Below are positions 46,907 to 58,991 of a stretch of DNA of 64,000 nucleotides, piece after piece (position 1 is the first letter of the stretch; every line of letters begins with the position of its first letter). The notes under the pieces are model-generated. The model did no database searches. It worked only from the letters and a program-made list of their open reading frames with translations, and was not told the DNA's origin. A program made the position numbers and the translations under genes. The DNA comes from Marsupella aquatica (taxonomy: Eukaryota; Plantae; Marchantiophyta): contig OZ316891.1 of the NCBI GenBank assembly GCA_973895155.1, positions 23,993,899 to 24,057,898 on the forward strand, given 5' to 3'.

Positions 46907-49148
46907 TAGCTCCCCACTTAATTGTGAAGCGTCCTCGCGAACAACTTCATCTTCGTCCATATAGTATTTCTTGAGGGGGTCATAATGGATGCGAACTGGA
47001 TATACCTCTCCCGTAATGTTGGCCAATTGTACGAAGCCATTGGGGAACATCATGGTTACTCTAAAGGGTCCTAACCAGCGAGTGTAAAGCTTTCCTGGAA
47101 ACCTACTATACCTACTGTCATAAAGTAGCACAAGATCACCGGTATGAATACTAACTACTTTTAACCTTTTATCATACTGCTGCTTCATGATATTCTGTCT
47201 ATATTCTACTCTCTCGGCTGAAATCATTCTCGCTTCCTCTAAAGCTTCTAACCTATATTCTCGCTCCTTTAGGCTCTCCTCCGCTGAGGCTCTTTCCTCA
47301 ATTGTAACTTGAAATGTCGGTATCTCAAGTTGCATGGGTACCAGGGCTTCTTGTCCAAAGGTTAAGAAGAAGGGTGTATGACCGGTAGTGGATTTATAGG
47401 CAAGATCGTAAGCAAAAACAGCAGCAAACAATTTATCATCCCAATCGAGTTTGTTCTGAGCTACTGTCTTGTTCAATATCTTTCCTATGATTCCGTTTGC
47501 TCGTTCTGTCAACCCGTTTGCCTTTGGATGGTAGGGAGTAGTAGGCCTATGTTTAACTAAATACTGCTCATTTAAACGACTAATTATATCATTCAAAAAA
47601 TGGGTTCCTCTATCACTAACTAATTCTAGGGGTGCTCCATACCTGGTGAAGATCTGCTCATACATGAATCTAGCCGTAGTAATTGCATCATCCTTCGTTG
47701 TTGGTCTGGCCTCTACCCATTTAGTTGCATAATCCGTAGCCAGGATTATGTACTTGTTCCGTCGAGGGTGGGTCAGTGGTTTCAGAGGTCCAATGTAATC
47801 AATACCCCACTTCTCGAATGGTGCCAGAGGTAGAATAGGGTGCAATGGATGCCTGGTGGACGCCCTTGGTCCTCCCGCTCGTTGACAAGGATCGCATTGT
47901 TTGATAAACTGATAGACATCTTTGTGCAAGGTGGGCCACCAGTAACCGGCATGTAATATCTTCTTAGACGTGGTTACTGGGGCAAAATGTCCTCCGGCCT
48001 CCTCTCCATGCATGGCCCGTAGGACTCATTTTACCGCTCTCTTTTCCAAACATCTTTGAATCGTGCCGTTGATTCCATGCTTGTGCAGTATGCCTTTAAT
48101 GCACTGATACTGTCTGACCTTCCGCACAAAGACTGCGGCTTGCTCTCGGCTTAATCCTGGCTGTAATCTAGAAGTGCTGAGAAATTGTAAAATCTCAGGG
48201 TACCATGTACCAGCTATTTCCACAACGAATAGCTCCTCGTCGGGGAATCAATCATCGATGCAATCCGTGGCAGGTTTACCTGTGATCCTTGAAAAGAAGT
48301 CGGCATTGGCATGTAACTTTCCCGGCTTGATCCTCAGCTCATAGTCAAACTCCTGTAATAGCAAAATCCATCTTGCTACTCTGCCTGTAAGGTCCGGCTT
48401 ATTGACTAGGTACTTCAAACTTTCATGATCAGTATGAAAGATTACCTTGTACCCTAGTAAATAATGCCTAAACTTTTTACAAGAATAAATGACTCCTAAT
48501 GCTTCTCTTTCCGTGGTAGAGTAGTTCCGTTCGGCATCGGCAAGCTGACGGCTTGCGAAGTATATGGGATGGTCCCTTCCTTTCTCATCCAACTGACTTA
48601 GTACTGAGCCAATACAGAAGCCCGAGACATCTACAAAAACATGAAAATCTTTGTTCCAGTCCGGTGCTATCATGACTGGGGCCTCTACTAACATCTGCTT
48701 CAATTCTACCACCGCTGTGACTCGTTCGGGTGTGGGTTCAAAGTCTGCTCCTGCCTTGAGCATATTGGTTAATGGTAAAGCCAGCTTGGCAAAATCCTTG
48801 ATGAACCGGCGATAGTAACCAATGCATCCCAAGAAGGATCTTACATCCTTTATGTTCTTAGGTTGCATGATATCTAGCCATACTGCTAGCTTACCTTTGT
48901 CAATCTCAATGCCCTTCCTTGATACCTTGTGACCTAGTAGCACCCCCTCGGTTACTGCAAAAAAACATTTATCTGGGTGTAACTTGAGACCCACCTCTCT
49001 ACATCTCATGAAGGTTTTCCTGAGGTATTTAGCATGTTTTGATGCCTTCCCGAATACTGCAAAGTCATCAATGAAGATTTCCATGAACTTTCTCAAGTAA
49101 TCATGAAAAATGTTCACCATTAATCGTTGGAACATAGCTGGTGCATTG
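46895..49148 (-). pseudogene. pol: pol remnant (RT C-half, RNase H, integrase) with two premature stops
   Basis: Near-identical to 20761-23014. Stops at 48250-48248 and 48028-48026. Confidence 0.9.
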
Positions 49149-52100
49149 TGTGGTGCGTCCCATGGCTCCCTAAACCCAAGAAACCCCCCAGCTCAAGCCG
49201 ATTCCCGCAGGTTTCGTGCTTGGCGAGGCCGTTTCCGCGGCTTAGCGGCATGGGACGCTGCTAACCTTCTACTACTACTATTAACATTTTACACACATAT
49301 ACTGGACAGATCCTTCATCGGGTCATGAGATACGTAGCCGGCCTAATATAGGCCTTCCCTTGTCTTCCCCTGTCTTCCCCTCCGTCTTGTTAGGTATGTT
49401 TGGATTCCGCCGCCGGAATGATCCCCAATAGGCTTGGTTAAGCCGCTAAGACCTCTCTCAGCTCGACACATCCAACTATCACTCCCCTGCTTACTTTCCT
49501 TCCTTCTGTTGATGTGGGCACTCTTCACACAAGTTAATGCGACACACAAATAGCAAAATGACTCATTCTGACTGAGTCATACCATGCACTTGCCATACAA
49601 ACAGTACATCTCATACACAAGTTCTGCGAACTAAGCCGTGAGGCCAACTCTATTCAGCTCTTAGGCATGAGGAAACATGAATATACACAAGGGTCACTGT
49701 ATGACTAACCGAGAGCTTCTCGTACTACTTGATCCCAGCCCGGCTGGTGCAAACTAAAAACTTGCTAAAGAAGAGGCCCTGAGCTCCCCGCTGCCCAGGT
49801 ACTTATCCTGGTAGTGGATCCGCCATTCTTTGCATCGTAAGCCTAATCTACCTGACAGTAATCTACTTGCCCAAATCTACCTATGTACAGCAAGGCAGGA
49901 GCACAAGTGTTGCTCCTACCAGTGGAACCGCAATCCCACTAAGCTAAGTGTCAGGGCCGCTCCTGGTTCTGATCCTAATCCTAAACATGGAGATCCGCGC
50001 CCGCCCTGCCCACTCACGCCTCCTCCCTCCACGTCCGCCCTCCCTAAAAGGAACGGCGCCCTTGCACCGTCACGACACCGGTGGTGGATCCTCAATGGAC
50101 GCCCCCAACACTTCCTCCTCAGCCACTGCCGTTGGCCCGCCTACTGACAGATTACCTGCCCTTGACCGAGTCAACTCTCCATCGGCCTGACTGGGTCCAC
50201 CTTCGGCTTCAGCCTCGACACCGGCCTCGGCAATACCCACGGCTTCGGCCTCAGCCACTCCCACGGCTTTGGCTTCAGCCACTCCCTCGGCTTCGGCCTC
50301 CCCTTCCCCTAGGGTAGTTGGATCCTTAGCCGTGACCCTGTCTGGGGTCGGTGCTGGGTCTACCTCCTTGATCACCACGGCCTGTGAAGTCGTATTACTC
50401 CTTGACCTTGGAGGTTTCCGCTTCTTCTTCGTTGGTGGCTCGGCAGCTGGTCCCTTCCCCTTCCCACTTACTTCCGGCACTGGTGCAGTTGACGCGGCTT
50501 GTCCTTCGGCAATTACCACCCCTGGTAACTGGTTTGTCCCAACGGGAGATGGACCTGCTGCAGCTAAGCATTTAAATACTGCGGCTTGTTTCTTCAGCCG
50601 CTCTGTTTGGTTGTCGGCCCGCCGCTGTAGGTTCTCCATCTTCCTCGTGATTTCCTCCAACTCCTCTTGGGTTTCATCCAGGTCCTTACGTGCCCCCTCC
50701 AGCTCGTTTTTGGCCTCCTCCTGCTCCCTGTGGGCTTCCTCCAATTCCTTCTTCAAGGTAGCCCTCTCCTCCTGGGTTGCTCTTAGCTCCTTGTCGAGCT
50801 CTGCAATGATGACAGACTCCATCTGGTTCATCTTGGCGTAAGTCTGTTCGAGCATCTCGTCCTTCTCCCTTAGGTCGGCCTTGAAGCTGGCCGTCAGGGA
50901 CGCAAGCTCCTGCTGCAGCGCCATAATCCCTTGATAGGATTTCCCTAACTCGACCTCCTTCTGCTCAAGGGCTCCGCGGATTTTCTCGAGCTCCCCTTTC
51001 AACGCCCATTCCTTTCTTTGGGTCTCCGCCATGGCCCGGCTGTTGGCTGTTATGTGGGCCTCCTCTGTATTCTTCAGCTCTTGCTTCCACTTCTCCCTCT
51101 CTTTGATCGTGTCGGCCAACTCTTCCTGCGTCTGAGTCAGTTTATCCTTGATATTCTGATTATCAGCCTGCGCGGTGTCCAACTGCCCCTGCATGATGTT
51201 CAGCTCATGTCGTTTAATCCGCAGTTCATCTTGGGCTTTCTTGGCCGCCCTTAGATTTTCAATCTCGGCTTCCATCCTCCTAAGCCGCCGAATGACCTCG
51301 TCCTTCTTGCTTCTCTCTAAAGCCACCGCTTCTTCTAATTGGTGCTTCTCCAACTGCTCCCTGTGAAAAAAGGGTCCTACCTCCAACTCCTCTCCAAAGA
51401 TGCCGAGCGCAAGTTCCCCACACATCTCACCATACTCCATGGCTCTATTCTTAGCGTAGGTGGAGTAAGTAGAAGTGATCAGCATCGCCCATCGTGGCCT
51501 CTGCTCCCACGCCGTCCTGCGGATCTCTTCAATCGTGGCTAGAGGTTTGCTTCCTTTTTCGGCTAGCCGCCTGATGTCCTCCGGCCAATCTCCTCCTGGT
51601 AAATCCTTTTCCTTAGCCAGGGCGGCCTCTTCCTCCTGCTTGATTCGCTCCTGAAATTCCTGCACCGTCTGTTTTATGCCGTCGAAGCTCGGGGGAGCGA
51701 CATCTGGTGGGGGAGACTCAGGGCTACTCTGCTGGTTGGGGTCCCCTCGCACTACCCTTGGAAGTGTGGGGACAAACCGGCCACAGGTCCTTACTCCTGG
51801 AACGTGATGGTCCGACCCATAGCCGGAATTATCATGGCTGCAGTCCTCCACTGCCTCCTCTACCTCTTGGACGTCCGGCTTCTCCCTCTCCTCTTCCTCG
51901 GTAGGAGCTTCAGGCAATTCTGCCTCAGATTCGGAGCTTGAGGTTCCCACGTACATTCGAACACCTGGCTTGGATTCCGGCCTGATTCTCTCCTTGTCTC
52001 CAGCAAAGGGGTTTTCTCTTGTGAGCCGGTGTAGGCCTACCTCTGTAGTAGTGTCCTGCATTGTTGCCGTTGCCGTTGTTGTTGCCGATGCCGATTTCTT

Positions 52101-53808
52101 TTCTTTCTCGAGTAGTTTCAGCAGACTCTGCATGCCTGGTTGCTGCATCGGCAAGTCTTCCTTCCTGGGCCTAAACACCTGCTCGATCGTAGGACTAACA
52201 GGTGGTTGAGGCTTCTCAGCCAACGGCCTCGGCGTTGGAGCTTCCTCGGGTGCCCTTACCTGCAGGGGAAGTACCGGGGCAAAAGTCTGACCTCTGGCAT
52301 ACCGGCACAACAGCGGCATGTGATAGCCAAGCCGCGACACGCTCCCCATGCCGATTACCTGCTGCTCCTCCTTTAAGATCTTCTTCAATTGGTTGAGGAG
52401 GTACCCGTTGTAGTCCCGGCTTGGGTCTGGCCTTTCTGCCAGATAGACCTGTGCCTTGCCGATCTCTGCCCTCGGCAAGTTACAATGCATGGTCACCCGC
52501 AAGAAGTCGATCATCTCTCCTATGTGCGGGTTGGTGCAGGTGTTCCGGAAGAAGCCATTCTTTGTTGATGGCCCGGGGAACGACCGGAACTCCTTGTCAG
52601 GCAAGGTCTTCCTGGTATCAACTTTGGTCTTATTGCCCATCGGCAAGCCAAACACTTCGGCAATCACCTTGGGAGTAAGATAGAAATCCTTCCCATATAT
52701 CCTCGTGCAATTAGTCTCGGGTTCCCATGACCCCACGAATTCTAATAGGTCTGACTCCGGTACCTCCAGCTTCAGCCATGGTAATCTTACAAAGGCCTCC
52801 AAGCCGGATCCGGCCATGAAGCCTTGGTACTTCTTGGTCTGCATGGCCGTAAAGCATGCATCCTCCTCCCGTGCAAAATGTAGTTGCACCTCCACCGGTA
52901 GGGTTGCCGCCCAGCCCTTCCAGGTGTCATCCCTGGTTGGAATGGCCTTGATGGGATCGACCTCCTCCTCTTCGGCTTCTCCCTGCCTCCTGCTCTGCTG
53001 CTCGGCTGGCCTCTTTGGTGCCGCCGACCTCGTTCTTTTTGCCGGGGTGGCTTCATCGTTGACGGCCCCCTTCCTCTTCATCTCTGCTGCCGTGGAGGTT
53101 TCTCCTAGCACCGTTGCCTAGGTCCACCTTTCCGTGCTACCCTTTAATTCCCAGTGTATGTCGTTGCAGTTCTTGATGGCCTCTCGGATGCCGACGACGC
53201 TGTCTTTGCAAAACAGAAGATCGTCAAGTTGATTGGAAGTAGGCGTCCACAGGAACTCGTCCTTGATGAGTTCGCCTCCTAAGAAAGCCGTCTTCTGCAG
53301 CTCCCACAATCGAGCGAGCTCCTGCCGTTCTCGAGCTGCCCTTTCTGACTCCTCGTCCTCGTAAGTCTTGATGTACTCAGTTGCCCGTTCGAACAGGCAT
53401 CCCCAGAAATGTGCCGCTTGATTGACGTTGCTCATACCCTCCTTAGGTCGATCGTCGGTATCTACTCTCTCCCCGAGTGCTTGCCTAAGCAGCTGACAGT
53501 AGTTGGCCTCCCGTAGTCGTCTGCCTAGTTCATGCTCGCAAATGAGCCACCATCTCCTGCAAGCGCTCCTTACCCCTCTCCTCTGCCGGTCCTTCTTCCC
53601 GTTGATCCTTCCTAGCCGCCGACGCTTAACGCGCCCTAACCCCAATCGGGTTTTCACCCTCAGCCTTACCTCCGGCCTCGGCCCGGGTTCCATGGTTGCC
53701 CCTAATTGTTTATATTTTCCTTGTTTTGTCCCTATACTAAGGTGTTCCTAGGGTGCCTTCCTGCTTTACCCACTTAACCGGCCGAGTGATTCCTGTCTAG
53801 GCATCACA
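49149..53808 (-). repeat. LTR6 (4660 bp), abutting pol with no PBS
   Basis: Full TG...CA LTR joined directly to RT sequence. Confidence 0.92.
50070..53693 (-). pseudogene. LTR-encoded ORF, 1207 codons with one premature TAG (53120-53118)
   Basis: 191-aa and 1013-aa ORFs in the same frame. Confidence 0.88.
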
Positions 53809-54012
53809 GTCTGACTTGATCATCATCGGTAATTGTTCGATGTATTTTGTATGGGTAACGTGGTCCGATGTTATTAAAATCGGAACGGTAGTTTCCAAAG
53901 CTTATTATATCGGACAAACCGTTTCTTAAAATATTGGACATGTCTGATAGAAAGGACATGGGACGCCTCTTTTAGGCCGCGATCAAAGCATCAGAAAAAC
54001 TGCAAAAATGTA

Positions 54013-54159
54013 CTAGTGGGAAGGCAAATCTTAGAGTATTTGGTGAAATGGGCTGGCTATGATCAGGCCGAGAGTACTTGGGAACCGGAAGAAAATTTGG
54101 GTAATGCCTCAGAGATCCTTGGAAGCTATCATAAGCAAAGCAACCTACCGCCGTTGTGA
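54013..54159 (+). pseudogene. Isolated chromodomain-coding fragment
   Basis: Manual translation gives LVGRQILEYLVKWAGYDQAESTWEPEENLGNASEILGSYHKQSNLPPL*. Not present in the ORF track. Confidence 0.8.
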
Positions 54160-54769
54160 ACTGGTACAGGCAGCTGTAACTACCTTTCTGAGTTGTATCC
54201 TAGTTTCACTCCTCTTGGCCTCTTAAGGATAAAGTCGGATTGCATTGGTGCTAGAGGTTGTTGGGCGGCCGATTTGCTTTTTGCAAGTGGAAGTTGATGG
54301 TGCCGCCTTACATCTGTGGGCGGTCGGGTAATTGTAACGTGCAAGCAAACAGTAAAATTTTTACTCGCATGAGCAAAAAAAAATCCTGCATTACCCCTAA
54401 TTTTCTACATGCAACTGCCTCGCTATCAACTACTTGGTTGGTAACATCCCTTTTGGGGACTCCCTTTTTGCTAGCAAGCTCGCTAGCCATCTGCAGCCTT
54501 TAAAAAAACACAAAAAATGTAAAAGGCACCAAAAAGTAACTGAAATTTGGAACCATTATTGTCTCGCTATCAAATTCTCCTGTTTGCTCGCAACATAGAA
54601 TACCTCTGGGCGGTCTGGTTTGAACCAAAGGGGAGGACATTGGGTCCGACAAGTTTGGAGTTAGCTTACCCGTTTAAACTGGCATCCTACTTGGATAAGT
54701 GGGATAGGTTGGAATTTCCTAAGTCTGGAATGCGCATACCAACCTGGTTTGCATGGGGTATTTACAAAC

Positions 54770-55102
54770 GACAGGAAACATGAAACAGTAACAGGAAACA
54801 GTTACTGGTAACAGGAAAGTGGGTGGTAATTTTTTTGGATTTTTTTTTGGTTTTTTTTGGGACAATGTTTTTTGGGGATGTTTGTCATCATCATATTGCT
54901 AGCGCCCGGAGCTAACAATAGCAGCGCTTGGCGCTCGCAAAAAAAACCCATGATTTTAATTATTTTGAAAAATAAGACTTTAAATGGTACATTTTTAGAT
55001 CGTATTTTTTACTGGTAACAGTAAAAATTTCCTGGTAACAGGAAACTTTTTGCTGGTACCAGTAATTCTGTTTTCATGTTTCCTCTCTCGGTGGTGATGC
55101 CC
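54770..55102. mobile_element. ~330-bp MITE-like element with imperfect inverted subterminal repeats
   Basis: GGAAACATGAAAC...TTACTGGTAACAG on the left, inverted on the right. The right end is shared with 34978-35053. No TSD found. Confidence 0.5.
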
Positions 55103-55229
55103 GTTTGCATCAGCCTTATGGGCAAACCATTTGTTACCTCATAAAAGTTTTAAGGCCCAAAGTGGTCTAGGCGTGTTGGAACATTTACTGAGGTCACGCG
55201 GACGTGACCATTTTTTAAGGGGGGGTGCA

Positions 55230-58200
55230 AGTCGCGGAACTTGACTACCTTAACACTTAGCTCCGGCGTCGCTGACTCCGACGCCGATGCCGAGCTCCCT
55301 TATGGTCTAGGCCCGGATAGGCCATCTGGGGAGGACTTAGCATAGGGAGACTTGAGGGCAACGAGATGTGGCACTAGCGAAGGCAAGGAGCCAAGCTAGT
55401 GACACACACTGAGGACTTGGACAAGCTGAGAGCTGGTTGGGTCAAGGGGAAATGGGCCGGGCTCAAGGATGGCCGTCCGGACCTCCAGACGGACTTTGAA
55501 TTCTGAGGGCTTGAGTGTGAGCTCCTCTTGGACCCAAGGCCAATGGAGTTGACGCCATGGGCAACGGACGCTTGGGGCGCAAGTTGTGACCCGATCCGGA
55601 TTGGGCCGGTCAGGGGCCCTAAGCGGCAATGAGACCTGAGGGCCTAGGCATGAACACTAGGTCGGCCCGGTCACAACGAGCTAAGGCACTCCATTTGCAG
55701 ATGCCTAACGAGAAAGTTATGGGCGTTGCCAGTTGGTGGTGCGCCTGTTATGCGCGATAGGATCCGGGTTGGGGGCCAAATGTTTAGGGACCAAAGCTTG
55801 TCCGGGGGTGTCAGGTCTCCACAAGCATATATGAGGGGAGTGGCATCTCCCTGGGGGCTAAGGGCGAGCCAAAGTTGTGAGCCGCGGCGGTCGCGACACT
55901 AAGGGAAATTGCCAAACGGAAACGGCGATATCTTCCCAATGGGAAGCCCGTTGAAGGACTTCTTGGGTGCATTGGAAAGTTCTCAAGGAGGACAAGCTCA
56001 GCTGGGTCTGGGGGCACCAGGGGTTCTCGAGGTTTGTGGGTGTTAGCTTGCCCGCTTGCCAAATCCAGCCGAACAGCAGCCAAGCCGCGTTCAGTCTCCC
56101 AAGGGAGCTTGCGTTGGGGAGGCAAGGCCAAGTAGGTGTGGAGGTTGAGTCCCAAGAGTGTCCGGCCCCTAGACCATCAGTGGGGCAAACCGGGAGTGGG
56201 TTGCTAGAGTTGGGACCATTCTGGTCCCAACGTGTTGGGACAAGCTTGGGACAAACTTTAGGACAAGCTACGCTATTTGGGCCATGAGCATGTCCTGAGG
56301 TCAGGTAGGTCAGTTGGTGATGGATAGGTACAAGGGGGAACCCGGGCCGCGCCCATGGATGGAGCTGTTCTGGACGAACACTGAGCGTGGGTTCTGGTTT
56401 CGGCTTATGGCATCGGGAGGACCTATCGCTAACCTATTTACCAATGTCTGTTGAGCTTGAGTTAGGATGCTAGACTTGGCGAGTTCTAGATTCTGAAGGA
56501 TTACTTACCGAGGTGCTTGGTTGCTTGTGCAGACCGTGAGGGCCGTTGAGTAGCGGTCGTGTAGGTGAGCAAGTGCGGCTTTGTATGGGAGGGGCCGTTG
56601 TCTTGAGGATAAGCAAAGAGGTGGGAAAAGAGGCTCAAGGGACACGCAGGGTGTATGGCTGCTTGAGATAGGAAACGGTTGCAAACAAGATAAAGTAGAC
56701 CCTAAGCACTTTCTTTCATCCATGTCATCACAAGCAAGCAAGCAAGCAAGCATGCTTTCAAAACTCAAGCCATTTACATACTCATATCCAATCACAATCA
56801 AAATAACTAGCTCAAGCTTCCCAATGTAATCCTCACAAGTCTAAGCCCAACATTCAATTGGTCACCATTCCTTTTCCAACACTTGATTGCACACAATCCC
56901 TTGCAACCTTCTAAGGTACACAAGTTCATGTGTACATTCAATGTGGTCAAGTTAAGGGTCACTCTTGGTTGTGGCTAAGACAAGTGGGACATCCAAAGGT
57001 ATGCAAGGCATCTCTATGCACCATTCAAACATCCAACTTTTGAAACATGGGAAACTACTTTCGAAAAGTGACCTAGGGTTGGTCAACAAACTCCTTAACA
57101 AACATGGAATTGACCTTAGTCCCTTCCTCTAGTAGAACCACCAAGTATAATCCACAAACAACCCATTCCATCAATAGAAAATGCCTTTACTCTTTACTCT
57201 TGCAACTTCCCTCATGCATAATAACTACTTTTGAAAGTACCTTCATTCAACCTATCTACTTTCAAAAACACCTTCAAGCTCACAACAACATTCAAAAATG
57301 TCATGAAGACATTCATTCTAACCATTCCATCACTCATAGCCAAAGCAAGGCATCAACACACATCTCAAAAACGAGGATCATACCTCTCCTCTAAATGCAT
57401 AGCAAGAAGGCACATGTAGCATCATGGCCTCCAAGTAAAAACATGGGTCACAAGAAAGACCCTCCTAGCAAAAATGAATCATCACCAAGTCTAATCATCA
57501 ACCAAGCATTCAAAATCCCTCCATAGCCTATCCAAGCTTCAAAACCCTAGTCTCCTTCTCTCATACTTCCTTCTATCAACCAAATCTACTTTCGAAGCTT
57601 CAAGTCAAGGAGTTTACAAGAGAGTAGGCCTTCTTAGTGAGCCATCTCTAATGCAAGACTCCCAAGCTTCAACAAGATTAGGTCTCATCTCCTCTAAGCT
57701 TTCAAAAATCTCCTACAAGTCCATTCTCCTCAAAACTTGAAGCAACAAACCTACATTCGAGTATGCCTTCTTGTGGGCAATCTCTCATGCAAGCTCCTTA
57801 TACTTCCTACTCACATCCTACCTCCTTCCTAAGGCTTCAAGTCAGCCTCTCCTACATTCAAAATCTCTCTCCAAATCCCTAGAAAAACCGTCACAAAACT
57901 CAATCTCTTCACATTCAAAGCTTCTCCATCTATCTCTTCACAAAATTGCCTCTACATCTCCTACCCTCAAAACCCTAAGGCCACGGCCAAGGAGGAGGGC
58001 TACCCCTTCACTCATGCCTCATGCTCGAGCTCCCCTCAAGAGGTTCGCTCCTACAACTAAAAATGGGACTTAACACTCCAAAACGGCAGCACTTCAGCAG
58101 CATCTAACTTCCGAACCCTTGGCCACTCGAACTTCCTCCTTTAGTACCCACATGGGAAGGCCCAGGGCACCCACAAGCCCCTCCACTTATGTTTTTAATC

Positions 58201-58833
58201 CTCATTGAATCACAGCCCTAGATCTCACACCAATTAGATCAAACGGCCAAAAAATGAGCCAAAAAACCCCTCCATAGTAACTTGTAAACCAAATGAGCTT
58301 CGACCTTTTTGAAAAAGCCACGACCTCCACCAAGCCCTAACTCACATCTCCACCTTCAATCCAAACCATCCATTAACCAAAACCCAGATCCACCGTTGAA
58401 GTAGATACATTGAATTTGGTCCATTTAACACAAAAATCTGAATCTGGTCCAAATCTCACAAAACTGATGCACTTGGATCAAACCCTCTTACATGCCTTGA
58501 ACCTGGTCACCTCCTCCATGTATTCAATGAACCTGGTCACCATGTTGCCAAAACCCTAAATACCTTGCTTGTTGAGCAAGCAACCTCCATTCCGCCAATC
58601 CGCCAAATGATAACTTAATCGCTGGTCACAAATGAAAAACATACCCCACAATAGTAACAAGGGTGGGTAGGCTCGACCTCATCCCTACCTTGACCCTCAT
58701 AACTCTACTTCCTCCTTCACCTTGGTCAAGTTAGCTCAAGTCAAGTCAACTTGCCCAAGTTAGAAGCAAAATTGGTTTCAACTTCCTTCACAAAACATGA
58801 GGATTCCTCCTTTAGGATGGAAACCTCATGACA
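55230..58833 (+). repeat. Putative large non-coding LTR of another family
   Basis: Follows a PPT-like TTTTTTAAGGGGGGG (55211-55225) and ends ...CATGACA. No credible ORF. Boundaries are uncertain. Confidence 0.35.
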
Positions 58834-58991
58834 CCGCTAGTGGTGCAAGGGGGCACTAGAGTGCTTGCTCGAGGTATTCCGTGGAGGCGTTCGGGCACCA
58901 GGGGCACTTAGGCATGAGTGCTGGGATTGGTGAGGGCGCTGGGTGGCGAGGCCCACCACTCATGCCAGGAGGCGACAAAAGAGACGAACGC

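Larger units (their letters stand above)
42271..53808 (-). mobile_element. Element B: internally deleted copy of the same Gypsy family (LTR-partial pol-LTR), TSD GTCTG
   Basis: GTCTG at 42266-42270 and 53809-53813. Lacks PBS, gag, PR and the RT N-half. Confidence 0.92.

Noticed and set aside
16332-53751. Dozens of short recurrent ORFs antisense to or overlapping the LTR ORF (e.g. 169 aa, 175 aa, 105 aa)
   Set aside because: Shadow frames of a purine-biased coding strand. They recur only because the LTR is repeated.
16213-53808. LTR copies as assembly duplication artefacts
   Set aside because: Copies have private SNPs and indels, both orientations, exact TG...CA junctions and a TSD.
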